The notes: a model not told the origin generated them from the sequence alone. 64,000 bases of DNA from Candidatus Latescibacterota bacterium (GCA_965217585.1 OZ244561.1:1728001-1792000); one strand, 5' to 3'. Shown: positions 38,604-50,697, numbered from the stretch's first letter. Program-made: numbers and translations.

Positions 38604-38967
38604 TCGTTTTCAGCTCCTCAGTCTTCTCCTGGATCAGAGCATTGATTATGGCGGTCCTATCTTGAATCACGCCTGCTGCTTCCAATCGTCGGAAATCATC
38701 CCATAGCTCGCGGTCGATCCGCAGCGTGACCGACACACGATCGCAGTGGCAAGAACCCTTCGGCCGCCCGACCCGGCGATCAGGCATGCTCTCCCACGCC
38801 TTTCGAGCAGCGAGGCTCAGATTGGTAAAATCGTCTGGCGTGGTTTCAAACGTATTGCCGGCAACCTCAGTAAGAATCGTCCGTTTCGTAACTCGGACGA
38901 CGACTCCACGTTCATTCGCGTGGGGAGGGATCTTTAAGCGTACCTTGTCCCCGACTTGAGTCTGCAT
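38578..38967 (-). CDS. Small regulator: KOW/SH3-like plus BrnA-like ribbon-helix-helix
   Basis: QVGDKVR...GVVV; RRVGRPKGS...VSVTLRIDRELWDDF. Confidence 0.65.
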   Translation of the reverse strand: MQTQVGDKVRLKIPPHANERGVVVRVTKRTILTEVAGNTFETTPDDFTNLSLAARKAWESMPDRRVGRPKGSCHCDRVSVTLRIDRELWDDFRRLEAAGVIQDRTAIINALIQEKTEELKTNGNGEEDK

Positions 38968-38997
38968 GATTGACTGGCTATCGCATGATCTAATAAA

Positions 38998-39037
38998 TTG
39001 CAATAATTAAATTACAACTTGCAACCGGGGTCGTCAA
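38998..39037 (-). promoter_or_regulatory. Candidate sigma70 promoter with overlapping palindromic operator
   Basis: TTGACG (39037-39032), 17 bp spacer, TAATTT (39014-39009); imperfect IR TTGCAAT-N6-ATTACAA at 38998-39017. Confidence 0.5.
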
Positions 39038-39077
39038 GGGGTAGTCAAGTAAGGAGTTGGCGATAGGGGAACACGAC

Positions 39078-39132
39078 ATGAGCTACAAGCCGAAGACACT
39101 CTTTCGACCGACTGATCGAAGACATCAATGGT
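39078..39132 (+). pseudogene. Possible 5' remnant of a DUF262/GmrSD-type gene
   Basis: GGGGA RBS; reads MSYKPKTLFRLIEDING once a 4-bp duplication (cgac-cgac) is removed, then breaks off. Confidence 0.35.
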
Positions 39133-39309
39133 ACCGCTCACGGCGCAGAGAGCGAATCGCGGAGGAGGTCAGGCGGCGAACTCGAACTGTAGCTGAGGTG
39201 GGGCACCACCAGCAGCCCTACGCGAATCAGCGAAACGGGGTACAACTGGCAACCTCTCAGGCCGGTTCATAAACACACCGACCAGCCCCCAATACCCAAC
39301 CCCCGCTTC

Positions 39310-40047
39310 TCAATGCTTACACGCCACATGTCGATCTTCGTATATTCCCTTTAGAAACTTTTCTGGATTGAGTTCTTCGGGCAAATAATGCCATGCCGTA
39401 CTATAGCGCGTGCGATTGCTGTGGTTATCATAAGCACCGTGCAGGAGATTGGCGGAAAACAGAACAACCGTGCCAGCGGGAATGACCAGATCCACAGCCC
39501 GCGATTCATCGACCTCTGTCCAACTGCCATGCCTGCTTGGATTTCTGCGGTGCTCGACAATCTCACCCATCCGGTGGCTGCCGGGCACCACCCGCAAACA
39601 CCCATTCTCCACATCTGAATCTTCCAGATAAATTCCGCAACTGATAATGCGATCCGTATCAGTCCCAAAATAAAAACTGTCCTGATGCCAGCCCGTTGAC
39701 GTGCCGCCGTTGGGCAACTTTGGAAAAAACTTGGTGCCAAACACATCAAAATTTTCACCAATCAATACTGCTACGCGGTCTAAAATCGCCGTTTCACGCG
39801 CCAGTTCCAACACGCGGGCATCGACCACGCAAATACCCTGAATTTTGTGCAACAAACCCGCCCGGGGTTCACCGCACTCGTCCAACTCGAGCGTCCAGTG
39901 CGGCACCTGCTCGGTCAGCTTGCGCCCCTCTGCGACTAGTTCATCAAACACCTGCTTGTAATAGGCCAATCGCTCGCCTTGTATCAGGGCTTCAAAAACA
40001 AGATAGCCATCTTCTCGAAACTGCCGCACCTGTTCGTCTGTCAACAT
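39310..40047 (-). CDS. Phytanoyl-CoA dioxygenase (PhyH) family
   Basis: WHQD, NGCLRVVPGSH, LLHG..N.S..R. Confidence 0.9.
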   Translation of the reverse strand: MLTDEQVRQFREDGYLVFEALIQGERLAYYKQVFDELVAEGRKLTEQVPHWTLELDECGEPRAGLLHKIQGICVVDARVLELARETAILDRVAVLIGENFDVFGTKFFPKLPNGGTSTGWHQDSFYFGTDTDRIISCGIYLEDSDVENGCLRVVPGSHRMGEIVEHRRNPSRHGSWTEVDESRAVDLVIPAGTVVLFSANLLHGAYDNHSNRTRYSTAWHYLPEELNPEKFLKGIYEDRHVACKH

Positions 40048-40142
40048 TCTTGTTCCTCCTCAAGGTATAGGAAAAATAAGGCACCGCTATCGGTACTATG
40101 CAATTCGCTGAAAACGTACGCAAGGGTCCAGCAGGGTCCCTG

Positions 40143-42548
<2,406 letters not shown>

Positions 42549-42593
42549 TCTCAGCAGGGTGCTCGGTAACGGTGGGCTCCGATGCATCTGAGG

Positions 42594-42644
42594 GCCGCCT
42601 TGCGACTCCGTCGATGATGCCCGCCGACGGAGTCGCAAGGCGGC
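42594..42644. repeat. Perfect 20-bp inverted repeat
   Basis: GCCGCCTTGCGACTCCGTCG-N11-CGACGGAGTCGCAAGGCGGC. Confidence 0.85.
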
Positions 42645-42718
42645 AACCCAAGGCAAAACAACCGGATACGACGCAAAATTCTTTGGCGGCCCCAAGGTCG
42701 CGCTCTTCGAGTCCCACT

Positions 42719-43807
42719 ATGGCCCATCGTCTCCGCATCCTCTTCCTCGCCCGCCGCTACCCGCCCACCATCGGCGGTATCCAGACCCACTGTCACGCGC
42801 TCTATACCCGACTGGCCAACCAAGCCCAAGTCCGCCTCATCGCGCTGGGCCGCCAGTCGCTTCTGCACCTAATTTGGTTCCTCCCCTATTGCTTTGTGGT
42901 CGCCTTTTGGGCCGTGCTCGGCCGCCGCGTCGATGCCGTGTACTTTGCCGACGGGGTCGCCGCGTCGTTGGCTCCACTCCTGCGCCCTTTGGGTCCGGCG
43001 CGATTTGTCACCACCGTCTATGGCCTCGAAATGACCTACAAAAATCCCCTCGCGCGCGCGCTAATGCACTGGGGAGTCCGCGCCTGCGACAAGGTCGTCG
43101 TCATCAGCGAACACAGCCGCCGCATTACCGCTGCCAGCGGCGTCCCCGAGGCTAAGTTGGAAATCATCTATCTAGGGGTTGAACCCCTGGAGTTGGGACC
43201 AGACGAGTTGGAGGCGGTCAGAACGCGTTTTGAGCAGGAACACGGCCTGCGCTTTGGCCAAGACCGCATCCTACTGCTTTTCGGCCGCCAGGTTCCCCGC
43301 AAGGGCATGGTCGAATTTTTGGCAAAGGGGATGCCCCTGCTCGACGCGGATATTCGCCTCTTGATCTGCGGTCCTCCTGCAAGCGAAACCGCGCGCTTGC
43401 AGGAGTGCTGTCAATCGGGCCTAAAGGACCGCGTCGTCCTGCTCGGGCCAGTCCCCGACGATGTGCTGGCCATGCTGCGCACCAGTTGCGATCTTTTCCT
43501 CATGCCCAACCTCCACATCCCCGGCGATGTCGAAGGTTTCGGCCAGACCCAGCTCGAATGTATGTACGCTGGCACCCCGGCCGTGGCCTTTGCCGTCGAT
43601 GCCCTGACCGAGAGCGTGCGCGAAGGCGGCTTTCTCGTCGCCCCGGAAGATTACCCGGCCTTCGTCGCGCAGATCCATCGCTTCCTCGTCCTCGGCCCGG
43701 CGGAGCGCGCCGATCTAGGCCGCCATTGCCGAGCCTACGTGCGACGAGAATACGCTCAGGAAAGAATCGCCGCCCAATACATGGATCTCTTTACTGGAAA
43801 GGCCTAA
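42719..43807 (+). CDS. Glycosyltransferase family 4
   Basis: YPPTIGGI, GRQVPRKG, EGFGQTQLE. Confidence 0.9.
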   Translation: MAHRLRILFLARRYPPTIGGIQTHCHALYTRLANQAQVRLIALGRQSLLHLIWFLPYCFVVAFWAVLGRRVDAVYFADGVAASLAPLLRPLGPARFVTTVYGLEMTYKNPLARALMHWGVRACDKVVVISEHSRRITAASGVPEAKLEIIYLGVEPLELGPDELEAVRTRFEQEHGLRFGQDRILLLFGRQVPRKGMVEFLAKGMPLLDADIRLLICGPPASETARLQECCQSGLKDRVVLLGPVPDDVLAMLRTSCDLFLMPNLHIPGDVEGFGQTQLECMYAGTPAVAFAVDALTESVREGGFLVAPEDYPAFVAQIHRFLVLGPAERADLGRHCRAYVRREYAQERIAAQYMDLFTGKA

Positions 43808-43811
43808 CGCC

Positions 43812-44861
43812 GTGCACTTTACCGAACTCGACACCCCCGCCCTCTGCGTCGATCTCGACGTGTTAGAAAAAAACATCCGCGACTTGCAAAACGCCTGCGA
43901 CCAGCTCGAAATTGGCCTGCGCGTCCACACCAAGACCCACAAGACGCCGGCCATTGCGCGTATGCAAGTCGCCGCAGGGGCCATTGGCATCGTCAGCCAG
44001 AAGCTGGGCGAGGCCGAGGCCATGGCCGACGGGGGCATCCAAGACATCCTGATTCCCTACAACATCGTCGGCCAGCCCAAGCTAGCCCGCCTGACGCGCC
44101 TGATCCAAAGCGGCAAGAGCACCCTGACGCTCGCTGCCGACTCCGCGGTCACCGTTGATGGGCTGTCGCAGGCGGCCACGGCTGCTGGTTGCCGCATCCG
44201 CGTAATCGTCGAGATGGACAGCGGCAGCGGCCGCGTCGGCACCCAATCGCCCGCCGCCACCCTCGCGCTGGCCCAACACATCGACCAGCTCCCGGGGCTG
44301 GATTTTACCGGCGTTATGACCTATCCCAGCAGCGAGCGGGCGCGCCCTTTCCTCGACGAAGTGCGCGACCTAACGCACAACAGCGGCCTGCCGCTGCACA
44401 TCATCAGCGGTGGGGGCACCGGCAGCGAAACCATCTCCAAATCCCTCGGCTGCACCGAGACCCGCATCGGCTCGTACGCCTATGAGGGCATGACCCGCGT
44501 GGGCAAGCGCGAAGACCTCGACCCCACTCGCTGCCCATTGCGCTTGGTCGTCACCGTGGTCAGTACCTCCCGCCCGGGGCAAGCCATCGTCGATGCCGGT
44601 CAGAAGGCCTTCACCAGCTACCCGCCGACTCCTTATGGCTACTGCATCGAGCATCCCGAACTTTTCATCAAAGGCATGTCCGTCGAGCACGGCCACGTCG
44701 ATACCACCGCCGCAAATCGTCCCCCTAACGTCGGCGATATACTCTCTTTCATTCCCCTGCACGGCGGGATGACCACCAACCTCCACGACCGCCTCTTCGC
44801 CCTCCGCAACGGCGAGGTCGTCGAAGAATGGGCAGTCGCCGGCCGCGGCCGCGCCCAGTAG
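43812..44861 (+). CDS. PLP enzyme, D-threonine aldolase/DSD1-like
   Basis: DTPAL, RVHTKTHK, SGGGT, DAGQK, SVEHG. Confidence 0.88.
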   Translation: MHFTELDTPALCVDLDVLEKNIRDLQNACDQLEIGLRVHTKTHKTPAIARMQVAAGAIGIVSQKLGEAEAMADGGIQDILIPYNIVGQPKLARLTRLIQSGKSTLTLAADSAVTVDGLSQAATAAGCRIRVIVEMDSGSGRVGTQSPAATLALAQHIDQLPGLDFTGVMTYPSSERARPFLDEVRDLTHNSGLPLHIISGGGTGSETISKSLGCTETRIGSYAYEGMTRVGKREDLDPTRCPLRLVVTVVSTSRPGQAIVDAGQKAFTSYPPTPYGYCIEHPELFIKGMSVEHGHVDTTAANRPPNVGDILSFIPLHGGMTTNLHDRLFALRNGEVVEEWAVAGRGRAQ

Positions 44862-44882
44862 GGGCAACCCGCGTGGTTGCCC
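44858..44882 (+). repeat. GTAG-type REP-like palindrome
   Basis: GTAG followed by GGGCAACC-N5-GGTTGCCC, overlapping the TAG stop. Confidence 0.6.
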
Positions 44883-44934
44883 TCCGCCGACTTAGAAGCC
44901 CGACATTACCCCTTTTCCACACCGGAAGGACCCC

Positions 44935-45807
44935 ATGGAAATCCAACCCCAACCACAGATATTCGACGTCGATGAGCAAAACTTTGAAGAGCTGGTCCTT
45001 CAAGGCTCGCAGGAGCGCGTCATCGTCGTCGATTTTTGGGCCCCTTGGTGCGGCCCTTGCAAAACCCTAGGCCCCATCCTCGAAGACGTCGTCGCGGCGC
45101 TTGGCCCCGGCGTGGCTCTAGCCAAGATCAACGTCGATGAAAACCAGCAGCTCGCCACGGCCTTTCGGGTCCAAGGCATTCCCGCGGTCAAAATTGTCAA
45201 GGACGGCCAGCTAGCCCAGGAATTCACCGGCGCTCTGCCGAGGGAGCAGATCGAGGCCATTCTCCGCCCCTTGGTCTTCGATGCGCCCATCCCCGAAGCC
45301 CAAGTGGTTGACCAGGCCGACGACTTAGCGGCCATCGGCGACTTCGACGCGGCCGCGCGCCAGTACGAGAACATGCTTGAGGAAAATCCTACCGACGGCC
45401 CCGCCCTCCTCGGCCTAGCGAAGATCCACCTAGAGCAGGGCCGTTTCGAGACCGTGCAAGAGCTGGTCAATCTAGTCGAGGAAGACACCCCCGAACACCC
45501 GCAGGCCCAGGCGCTGCTCACCCAGATCGAGTTTGCCCACCAATGCCAGCAGGCCGGGGGGCGCGCTGCCTGCGCCCAGCGGATGCTCAGTCAGCCAGAC
45601 GACCAAGAGGCCCGCTACCTATTGGCCTGTTGCGCAGCCTTTGAGGGCGACTACGAAACCGCGTTGCAGGAATGGCTACAGGTCGTGGGGAAAAAACCGC
45701 ACGGCGACCAAGCCAAGGACGCCATGGTCGCCGTTTTCCATCTACTCGGCCGCGACAATCCGCTGGTGGCCGACTATCAGCGCAAGCTCTATCAAACCCT
45801 GTACTGA
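44935..45807 (+). CDS. cnoX: Thioredoxin-TPR chaperedoxin (YbbN/CnoX)
   Basis: DFWAPWCGPC plus TPR C-terminus ending YQRKLYQTLY. Confidence 0.88.
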   Translation: MEIQPQPQIFDVDEQNFEELVLQGSQERVIVVDFWAPWCGPCKTLGPILEDVVAALGPGVALAKINVDENQQLATAFRVQGIPAVKIVKDGQLAQEFTGALPREQIEAILRPLVFDAPIPEAQVVDQADDLAAIGDFDAAARQYENMLEENPTDGPALLGLAKIHLEQGRFETVQELVNLVEEDTPEHPQAQALLTQIEFAHQCQQAGGRAACAQRMLSQPDDQEARYLLACCAAFEGDYETALQEWLQVVGKKPHGDQAKDAMVAVFHLLGRDNPLVADYQRKLYQTLY

Positions 45808-45814
45808 GGACGCC

Positions 45815-46870
45815 ATGCAAATTACCCGCCTCGAACGCACCGTCTGTTGCGTGCCCTTCCTCCCGGGCATCCTGCCCCCGCCCGAGTACGACGAGCCTGC
45901 GCCGGGCTATCCCGAACCGCTCTCGGCGCGGCGTCAAGACGTCCTCAGGATCCACACCGACCAAGGACTAACCGGCCTCGGCATGAGCGGACCGTACTAC
46001 GGCGACCACGCAGAGCAACCGCCCGACCTGATCGGCAAAGACCCCAACACCTTTGAGCCACGCACTTTGCGCGGCGGTAGCTGGAACATTGCCCTCCTCG
46101 ACCTGATCGGCAAAACGATCGGCTGGCCGCTGTGCCGCATTTTCGGCGGCAGGCTACAAGACAAGGTACTGGTTGACTACTGGATCAGTCGGATGAGCAC
46201 CACGGATACCGCCCGCGCGGCCCAACGCGCCGCCGAGCTGGGTTTCCACGGCATCAAAATGAAGTGCAAGTGGGAAGATGCCAATATGGAGGACCGGGTC
46301 CGCGCCAGCCTCGAAGTTGCGCCGCACTTGCGGATGGTCCTAGACTTCAACGAGCGCCTCTACAATCTCAACAACGCGCTCGACCTAGCCCGCCGTCTCG
46401 ACGGACTCGACGTGGTCCTCGAAGATCCCCTCCCCAAAACCGATCTCAACGAATATCGCCGCCTTAAGGGAGAGACCAGCGTCCTCGTCGCCCCGCACTT
46501 CCAGAACCCCCGTCAGATCATCGACGCAGTGCATCTTGAAGCGGTTGACGCCTTCAACGTCGCCCCCTCGGATTGGGATTTTCTCGACATGGCGCGCATC
46601 GCCGCAAGCGGGGACATTCCCGTGTGGCAAGCCTCCAATGTCGATCTGGGGATTTTCGACGCCTTCCGCCTCCACGCCTCGGCCGCCGCGCCCAACTGCA
46701 CCTTTGGCTCCGACCTCTGCGGCAACTTCGTCCACGAGCACAGCCTGCTCAAAGAGCCGCTGGTCCAAGACGGCTACGCCATCGTGCCCACCGGCCCGGG
46801 TTTGGGCGTGGAATTGGACGAGGACGCCGTCGCCCGCTATGCCATCTCCGCGCAGCAGTGGCCCGGCTAG
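45815..46870 (+). CDS. Mandelate racemase/muconate lactonizing enzyme family
   Basis: GIKMK, LDFN, EDP, PTGPGLGVELD; GAGG RBS. Confidence 0.88.
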   Translation: MQITRLERTVCCVPFLPGILPPPEYDEPAPGYPEPLSARRQDVLRIHTDQGLTGLGMSGPYYGDHAEQPPDLIGKDPNTFEPRTLRGGSWNIALLDLIGKTIGWPLCRIFGGRLQDKVLVDYWISRMSTTDTARAAQRAAELGFHGIKMKCKWEDANMEDRVRASLEVAPHLRMVLDFNERLYNLNNALDLARRLDGLDVVLEDPLPKTDLNEYRRLKGETSVLVAPHFQNPRQIIDAVHLEAVDAFNVAPSDWDFLDMARIAASGDIPVWQASNVDLGIFDAFRLHASAAAPNCTFGSDLCGNFVHEHSLLKEPLVQDGYAIVPTGPGLGVELDEDAVARYAISAQQWPG

Positions 46871-47637
46871 GCCGGGACCAGCGCCTGTGCGCCAAAGATC
46901 ATCGGATAGCCTGCGCCCGTGTGCACGGAACGCGCGGCCCCGTCCATATAGGCGATGCTAAAGGCGCGGCGCGACTGACCCGTCGGGTTGATTCCCGAGC
47001 GGTGCAGCAGCAGGTTGTTGAGCAAAATCGCCTCGCCGGCCTCGGCTTCGAGGTCGATTTCCGCTCCCGGCGGCGCGCATTCGGCTAGCTGCTCTGCCGA
47101 AGGAAAGTGCCTTTCAGTGATCACCCCGCGCTTGTGGCTGCCGGGCACGATCTGCATACAGCCGTTTGCGACCATCGCCGGGTCGATCGCGGTCCACACC
47201 GTGATCGTCGGATTGTAACCTACGCCCCAACCCACGCCCACATCCTGGTGCCAAGGCAATATCGTGCCCTTTTCCGCCGGCTTGTTCATAAACATCGCCC
47301 GGAAGATCGACACGTCCTCGCCGATATAGCGCCGGGTAATCTGGCGGAAAAGAGGGTGCTGCATGTAGGCGAGATAGACGGGGTCCTGCTCCAAACCCAT
47401 GATCTTGCGGTACTGGAGCGTGGCCCCCTTGTGGCCGGGAGAGACGGTGGGCATCTTCGCGTAGTCGGCGTCCTCCCCGTCGAGTTGAAACTCCATCTCC
47501 GGGTAGGGGATCTCGCCGAGCATGATCTCGTCGATGCGCTGCCGTAATTCCGCCAGTTCCGCCTCGTCGAGTACTTTGCCGAGCCGCGCGTACCCGTGCT
47601 CCTCAAAGTGGGCGTGGTGTTCGTCGCTGTATTTCAT
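46867..47637 (-). CDS. PhyH family dioxygenase
   Basis: PWHQD, NGCMQIVPGSH, LLHRSG.N...RR. Confidence 0.9.
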   Translation of the reverse strand: MKYSDEHHAHFEEHGYARLGKVLDEAELAELRQRIDEIMLGEIPYPEMEFQLDGEDADYAKMPTVSPGHKGATLQYRKIMGLEQDPVYLAYMQHPLFRQITRRYIGEDVSIFRAMFMNKPAEKGTILPWHQDVGVGWGVGYNPTITVWTAIDPAMVANGCMQIVPGSHKRGVITERHFPSAEQLAECAPPGAEIDLEAEAGEAILLNNLLLHRSGINPTGQSRRAFSIAYMDGAARSVHTGAGYPMIFGAQALVPA

Positions 47638-47743
47638 TAGCTACTCCCTTCGTTTCCCTAGAAATCAGCAATGTTCTCCCCTGTGTCAAATTTTCCTACC
47701 TTTCTACCCGCTCGTCCGCTCCGTTCCAAACGAGGAATCCACC

Positions 47744-48580
47744 ATGTCCACAGACCACACGCCCTTTCCCGCGTTGACCCCGTCCCAACGCCTACACCTC
47801 GAAATCTATGGCTATGTCGTCCTCGAAAAGCTCCTGACCGAGGCCGAAGTCGCCGCGCTCCTAGAAGTTATCTACCGGACCGAAGCCGATTTTCAGCGCA
47901 CGGGTCAACTCCCCGGAGCAAACTGCCATTTGTCCAGTTCGACCCAGGAATTTTTCCGCATCGACAACCTTCCCCATCTAGATCCGTGCTTCTACGAATA
48001 TCTGACCCATCCTAGAATTCTGGGGATGGCCGAGGAGATCGTCGGCGGCACGGTCCGCCTAGAGCAATCAGACGCCCATATCCGGCGGCCGGGTGGAGAG
48101 CAAAAGTATGGCTTCCATCGGGGCATCAACCCCGCCTATGCCCACACCGGCAACGGCCTCTATCACTTCTCCTTTGTCAAGACGCTCACCAATCTCACCG
48201 AGCTCGGCCCCGACGACGGCGGCACCACCGTCATCCCCGGAACCCACAAAATCCCCCAAGAAGTTGACAACCAAGCGATCATCGCTGCCGCCTTGGCCGA
48301 CCCCGCGCTCATCCACCAAGTCGAAGCACCGGCTGGATCGACGCTGCTTTTTTACGAATCGCTGATGCACTCCTCCGGCATCATCCGCTCGCAACGGGAC
48401 CGCGTCTTGATCCTCGGCGGCTACACTCCGACGATGTTCCAAGCGTGGAACGGCTACGACCCCGACCCCGAATTCGTCGCCGGCTTACCCGCGGAACGGG
48501 CCGCCTTGCTCACCGGCGGAACCAAATACGGCTGGCAACGCAAACTGCGCGATTTAGCCGTACCCGCGGAGACGGTTTAA
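47744..48580 (+). CDS. PhyH family Fe(II)/2OG enzyme with HxG in place of HxD
   Basis: GFHRG, GGTTVIPGTHK, LMHSS, distal Arg. Confidence 0.85.
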   Translation: MSTDHTPFPALTPSQRLHLEIYGYVVLEKLLTEAEVAALLEVIYRTEADFQRTGQLPGANCHLSSSTQEFFRIDNLPHLDPCFYEYLTHPRILGMAEEIVGGTVRLEQSDAHIRRPGGEQKYGFHRGINPAYAHTGNGLYHFSFVKTLTNLTELGPDDGGTTVIPGTHKIPQEVDNQAIIAAALADPALIHQVEAPAGSTLLFYESLMHSSGIIRSQRDRVLILGGYTPTMFQAWNGYDPDPEFVAGLPAERAALLTGGTKYGWQRKLRDLAVPAETV

Positions 48581-48597
48581 ACGGCGAAGGAATTCAC

Positions 48598-50346
48598 ATG
48601 CGATACGGAAGCCAAACGCGGATTTGGTGCTCTTGGTTTTGTTGCGCTTTGCTCTTAGCGTGCGGTGGTGCCGAAGACCAAGCACAACAAGAGCTAAGTG
48701 TGCGGCAAGTCCCGCGCGACCGGACGCTGATCCTCGGACTGACCCAGATGCTGGACTACGACGCCTTCAACCCCTATATCCCCGGCACGGGGTCTGCGAC
48801 AGGAACCAATTTCCTCTTCGAGCCGCTCTATTACTACAATGCCTATCGCGAAGAAAACAATCTCATCCCCTGGATCGCGAAGAGCCACCAATACAACGAG
48901 GACTACACCGAAGTCACCATCAAAATCCGCGACGGGGTCCAGTGGAGCGACGGCATGCCGTGGACGGCGCGCGACTTGGTCTTCACCATCAATATGCTCA
49001 AGGCCAACGCGCCGGAGTTGCTGCTGTCCACCGACATGGAAACCTGGGTCGCCGAGGCTGTGGCCGTGGACGAGCTGACAGCGCGCATCACACTGCGGGC
49101 ATCCAATCCAAGATTTCTGTTTTCGTACTTCACCGATTGTTTCGGCAATGGGGCCCGCATCGTCCCCGAGCACATCTGGAAAGACCAAGACCCCAAGACC
49201 TTCAAAAACCTCGATCTAGCCAAGGACTGGCCAGTGGTCAGCGGGCCTTATCGCCTGGCGATCGCCGCTCCCGAACAGCGGGTTTGGGATCTGCGGCCGG
49301 ACTGGTGGGCGGTTGGATTGGGATTCCAGAGACTACCCAAGGTGGAGCGCATCATCTACCTGCCCTTCGGCAATGAAGCCAAGTGGTCCCAGCAACTCTT
49401 GGCCAACGAGATCGATTCGAGCATCGACTTGCGCCCCGTCAACATCAAAACCGTTCTCGAGCAAAACCCCAACATCTCCACTTGGACAGGCAGAGAAGCA
49501 CCGTACGGCTATCTGGATTGGTGGCCGTTGTCTTTGGGTTTCAACAATCTCGAAGAACCCTTCAGCGACCCGGAAATTCGCTGGGCCATCAACTACGCGA
49601 TCAATCGCGCCCAAGTAGTGGACGTAGGTTGGCAGGGGGCGGGCACGTTCACGCTCCATCCCTATCCCGAATTTCCCCCGCTGATGCGCTATATCGACCA
49701 GATCCAAGATCTTTTCGCTCAATATCAGCTAAATACCTACGACCCGGCCCGCACGGCGGAGATCATGCAGCGCAAGGGGTGGCACAAGGACGAGGACGGG
49801 TTTTGGAGCAAGGACGGGACGCGCCTTAAGATAGTGGTCGATGTCTTTCCCAACCTTTTCCAGGACTTCACGCCGGTGCTGATCGAACAATTGCGCCAAG
49901 CCGGTTTTGACGCCAGCTTCCGCGCCACCAACGACGCCTATACCCGCATGACCCAAGGCACGGCCCGGGCCTTTGTGATAGGACACGCGGCTTCGGTGCG
50001 AGATCCTTATTTCACCTTGCGCCTCTACCACAGTCGCTTCGTACAGCCGACGGGGACAGCGGCTGAGTACTTCTGGCGTTGGAAAAATGAAGAATTCGAC
50101 GCGATTGTCGATCGCATGGCCGAGGTCGCGCCGGACGACCCGGAGCTAGTCGCGCTCTTTCGCCAGGCGATGGATATCTGGTTCCGCGAACTGCCTTCGA
50201 TCCCCCTGATCCAGTGGTATCACCGGATTCCCCACAACGAAACCTATTGGAAAAATTGGCCCACGGCTGAAAACCCCTACGTCAACAGCGCCTACTGGCA
50301 CCGCACTTGGCTACTTGTCTTACTCAATTTAGAACCCACACAATAA
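48598..50346 (+). CDS. ABC transporter substrate-binding lipoprotein (family 5)
   Basis: Lipobox LLAC; WSDGMPWTARD, SGPY, RWAINYAINR. Confidence 0.9.
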   Translation: MRYGSQTRIWCSWFCCALLLACGGAEDQAQQELSVRQVPRDRTLILGLTQMLDYDAFNPYIPGTGSATGTNFLFEPLYYYNAYREENNLIPWIAKSHQYNEDYTEVTIKIRDGVQWSDGMPWTARDLVFTINMLKANAPELLLSTDMETWVAEAVAVDELTARITLRASNPRFLFSYFTDCFGNGARIVPEHIWKDQDPKTFKNLDLAKDWPVVSGPYRLAIAAPEQRVWDLRPDWWAVGLGFQRLPKVERIIYLPFGNEAKWSQQLLANEIDSSIDLRPVNIKTVLEQNPNISTWTGREAPYGYLDWWPLSLGFNNLEEPFSDPEIRWAINYAINRAQVVDVGWQGAGTFTLHPYPEFPPLMRYIDQIQDLFAQYQLNTYDPARTAEIMQRKGWHKDEDGFWSKDGTRLKIVVDVFPNLFQDFTPVLIEQLRQAGFDASFRATNDAYTRMTQGTARAFVIGHAASVRDPYFTLRLYHSRFVQPTGTAAEYFWRWKNEEFDAIVDRMAEVAPDDPELVALFRQAMDIWFRELPSIPLIQWYHRIPHNETYWKNWPTAENPYVNSAYWHRTWLLVLLNLEPTQ

Positions 50347-50697
50347 GGCCCGGATGTTCAAACGCCGCCTAGCATTGCCTTGGATTGCAAGTCCAACTAC
50401 ATCTGTTTACATTATTCGCAATATAAACATTGCAAAGAGTTACGTAGAACACCCCAACCTCGCAGTATTGGTTGCGACCGTCCACACAAATACGTACTTT
50501 CAGGCTGGAGAAGTAATACTTGGCGACCATTACCCGAACCAATTGTTCGGGTACAAGCAGATATATGACATGGGGAAATGCATCTTCCAAGCGCTACGCC
50601 ACCATATTCTACGGTTTTTAATCTTTAATTTAAAGTTTATCTGGCACAAATCTGACCCTATGTCAACACAAGCTAAACTGAAAGAGTGGATTATTAG

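Noticed and set aside
25358-38967. RiPP or natural-product cluster reading of the radical SAM genes
   Set aside because: No precursor peptide, RRE/SPASM domain, peptidase or exporter seen; the partner genes belong to DNA-associated ATPase families.
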